From: Methanobacterium sp.
Lineage (GTDB): Archaea > Methanobacteriota > Methanobacteria > Methanobacteriales > Methanobacteriaceae
DNA length: 10,145 nt
Assembly: GCA_003166335.1 (NCBI GenBank)
Contig: PMWA01000033.1
Coordinates: 1 to 10,145 of the forward strand
Reading direction: 5' to 3'
Part shown: piece after piece, positions 8,291-10,145 of the stretch
Layout: every line of letters begins with the position of its first letter
Position numbering within the stretch: the stretch's first letter is position 1
Program-made: the position numbers and the translations under genes
Notes under the pieces: generated by a model
The model's input: only the letters and a program-made list of their open reading frames with translations
What the model was told of the DNA's origin: nothing
Database searches by the model: none

Positions 8291-8440
8291 ATGTTTACGA
8301 TGCCCATTACTTTTGATAACTTTATGGAATTATCATTCTTTCTAGTAGAACTATTCAATAAAAAAGTTGATCTACTCACCCCTAAAAGTTTAAGTCCCTA
8401 TATGCAACCTACTGTAGAAAAAGAGGTAATTTGGTGCTAA
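8291..8440 (+). pseudogene. C-terminal fragment of a stand-alone minimal nucleotidyltransferase (MNT) antitoxin
   Basis: Manual translation, 49 aa: MFTMPITFDNFMELSFFLVELFNKKVDLLTPKSLSPYMQPTVEKEVIWC. It resembles the C-terminal half of about 100-aa MNTs (TFDNxMxLxxxLExLFxxKVDLxT...LxPY...ExEVI). The GS...DxD catalytic half is absent and an in-frame TAA lies at 8285-8287. Confidence 0.7.
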
Positions 8441-8473
8441 TATCATCAGTCCATACAATATTTCAAAAGGGAT

Positions 8474-8887
8474 TCATTCCTTTAGCAGCTTTTCTATATA
8501 GCTTAAAATCTTCTGTGCTCTTCTGATGGCTTTCTCTGCCTCAGTAAAAGAAGTAACTCCCACTGTATCATAAACCGCTCTATGTCTCTTTCTACGCATC
8601 CTTTCAAAATATAAAACATCTTCTTCTTCCAGATATAACATGGCGAATTTAACCACAGCAATATGAGACTTCCTACCTGATGGTCTGTAACCTTTAGCAA
8701 ACATCAGCCCACGAACTGCTTGTAATATGGAATTATAAGCAATATTAAATGCCCAATCTGCGTCAGTGCTTAAGATCTCCCCAGCTACTTTAACATCCCT
8801 ATGAGCAAGTTTAAGAGACTCGTTAACCATTTCCCGATTAGAAGTGATCTTCCGGATATAACCATCCCTTTCCAAATCTTCTAACAT
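8474..8887 (-). CDS. HEPN domain protein (COG1895/UPF0332-like), putative toxin partner of the upstream MNT
   Basis: 137 aa, predicted helical, with AFNIAYNSILQAVRGLM, SHIAVV and RMRRKRHRAVYD. Its ATG overlaps the last 7 nt of the MNT gene (8881-8887), suggesting translational coupling. Confidence 0.85.
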   Translation of the reverse strand: MLEDLERDGYIRKITSNREMVNESLKLAHRDVKVAGEILSTDADWAFNIAYNSILQAVRGLMFAKGYRPSGRKSHIAVVKFAMLYLEEEDVLYFERMRRKRHRAVYDTVGVTSFTEAEKAIRRAQKILSYIEKLLKE

Positions 8888-9447
8888 ACCAAATCCCCTA
8901 TCAGCATTATTTTAGGACCTTCCCATACATTAAGAATAAACGGATCATTTTCATCAATTCTTTTTTCAACTTCTCTAGAATTAAACAATACATAGTTTAT
9001 TTCACGACCAACCTCACCTTCCAATTTGGATAATTCTCTCAATAACTGATCCTCATCAATATTACCCATCAAAAAAATGTCTAAATCACTACTCTGATCC
9101 GCCTCTCCAGAAGCAAAAGAACCATAAATAAAAGCGATTTTAATATCTCCATTTCTCGATAATATTTCTTTAATTGATTTACTAACTCCTTCAGTTTTCA
9201 TGATTATGTTTCTCAATTCAGGATAAATGGGATAATCCTGGTTAATGGAGAAGTACTTCATGTTACCCTGTTTTTTACTTTCTAAAAGACCTATATCCTC
9301 TAAATTTTGGAGTTCTCTACTGATAGAATTCAAATTCTCATGGGTGAGCCGGGATATTTCCCTCAGGAAAAAATCCTCCCCAGGATTCATCATAAACAGA
9401 GTTAAAATTTTAACCCTACTGCGGGAACTGAAAAGTTTCTCTAACAT
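8881..9447 (-). CDS. Winged-HTH + minimal nucleotidyltransferase fusion (MntA-like antitoxin/autoregulator)
   Basis: 188 aa. N-terminal ArsR-like wHTH (RVKILTLF...FLREISRLT...SISRELQNLEDIGLLES...KYF). C-terminal GSX10DXD motif (YGSFASGEADQSSDLD) and GREIN. Confidence 0.9.
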   Translation of the reverse strand: MLEKLFSSRSRVKILTLFMMNPGEDFFLREISRLTHENLNSISRELQNLEDIGLLESKKQGNMKYFSINQDYPIYPELRNIIMKTEGVSKSIKEILSRNGDIKIAFIYGSFASGEADQSSDLDIFLMGNIDEDQLLRELSKLEGEVGREINYVLFNSREVEKRIDENDPFILNVWEGPKIMLIGDLVC

Positions 9448-9449
9448 AA

Positions 9450-9481
9450 TGTATAAAAATTGTATTCAATCGTATAAAAAA
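9450..9481 (-). promoter_or_regulatory. Candidate TATA box and operator repeats for the MNT-HEPN operon (probably leaderless or short-leader)
   Basis: Minus-strand TTTTTATA lies 26-33 nt upstream of ATG 9447 and no SD is present. The direct repeat GTATAAAAA (9451-9459, 9472-9480) flanks ATTG-N4-CAAT (9459-9470). Confidence 0.5.
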
Positions 9482-9651
9482 GTTACTCATTATTCCAAAT
9501 CTTCCAGATCAACATTTATATTCAACCTCAATAGAATCTTATGAGATCATTTCAAGTTAGGGATTTTGTACTTCTAAAAATTCAAAAAAATTATTAATTT
9601 TTTTTATATTTTATACTTGGAAATCTCTCTTAAACATACTAATTTTTTATA

Positions 9652-9733
9652 ACCCCCCTATAATCTCAGAATCCAAATTTGAACCGAGATTTTTACAAAT
9701 GTTTTATTCTATAACGTCTTAGTAATGGGGGGT
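9652..9733. repeat. Nested inverted repeats / possible structured element
   Basis: ACCCCCC (9652-9658) pairs with GGGGGGT (9727-9733). These enclose AATCTC/GAGATT (9662-9667/9686-9691) and an imperfect TTAC...GTAA stem (9693-9725). Confidence 0.4.
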
Positions 9734-9870
9734 GTACTTTCCAAACTTAACCAGGTTTATTTCCATCCATTAATAATAATATAGATTATTTTAAGAAAAA
9801 ATATCGCTTAATATAAATAACAATGATAATAAGATTAATTTTTTTAGGATAATATTAGAAGGTGATAAAT

Positions 9871-10077
9871 GTGGTTTTAGGAATAAATGATCCCTGGGTT
9901 TGGGGAGCCTACATTGGAAGTATATTAGCAATGCTTTTATGTGTAGTTTATGGAATCATAAATTGGAATAAAGGCGGAGAAGATGAGGAAGGAGAAATAC
10001 GAGAAGAAATGACGTGGCATAAAGAAGAGAAGGACATGGAAAAGAAAGAATTAGGTATATGGGATGAAGAAGGATAA
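9871..10077 (+). CDS. Symporter small accessory membrane protein
   Basis: MVLGINDPWVWGAYIGSILAMLLCVVYGIINWNKG (one TM helix) plus an acidic tail, matching the LGIxDPxxxxAY...CVxYGxxNWNKG pattern found upstream of sodium:solute symporters. The track's GTG at 9862 lies within the SD (AGGTGAT), so GTG 9871 is the likelier start (68 aa). Confidence 0.8.
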   Translation: MVLGINDPWVWGAYIGSILAMLLCVVYGIINWNKGGEDEEGEIREEMTWHKEEKDMEKKELGIWDEEG

Positions 10078-10095
10078 AAAAAAGGGTGATTTAAA

Positions 10096-10145
10096 TTGGC
10101 TAATAGTTTACTTGATTTAACAATTATAGTTTTAATATACTTAGC
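10096..10145 (+). CDS. Probable sodium:solute symporter family protein, N-terminal fragment truncated by the window edge
   Basis: SD GGGTGAT (10084-10090), then TTG at 10096 giving MANSLLDLTIIVLIYL..., a hydrophobic first helix ending in IY. The family call rests mainly on its position after the accessory gene. Confidence 0.55.
   Translation, partial: MANSLLDLTIIVLIYL

Noticed and set aside
8503..8700. 65-aa alternative-frame minus-strand ORF inside the HEPN gene
   Set aside because: Fully nested in a better-supported CDS, with no motif or SD.
9245..9544. 99-aa plus-strand ORF
   Set aside because: Antisense to the wHTH-MNT gene and its promoter, with no recognisable features.

Overview
AT-rich window, most likely from a Methanobacteriaceae-type methanogenic archaeon. 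This is inferred from GGTGA(T) ribosome-binding sites, oligo-T tracts after genes, a multi-PAS HisKA_2 kinase and a symporter small accessory gene. The left half (1-4840, minus strand) is a pseudaminic-acid-type nonulosonate glycosylation cluster: a GT-B putative transferase, pseB, pseC, an SpsF-like cytidylyltransferase and a PseG-like gene that runs off the left edge. The pseC reading frame extends 91 codons upstream of the ORF-track call and appears to begin at a non-canonical ATT. Next come a QueG-like 2x[4Fe-4S] protein (+) convergent with a three-PAS histidine kinase (-). These are followed by an unannotated C-terminal fragment of a minimal nucleotidyltransferase (MNT) and an intact wHTH-MNT/HEPN toxin-antitoxin-like pair with phased repeats in its promoter. 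The window ends with a nested-inverted-repeat intergenic element and the start of a small accessory protein plus sodium:solute symporter operon. No rRNA, tRNA, CRISPR array or transposase was seen. The gene families are known; the best novelty candidates are the putative archaeal CMP-nonulosonate transferase, the ATT start, the archaeal QueG-like enzyme and the MNT/HEPN locus.
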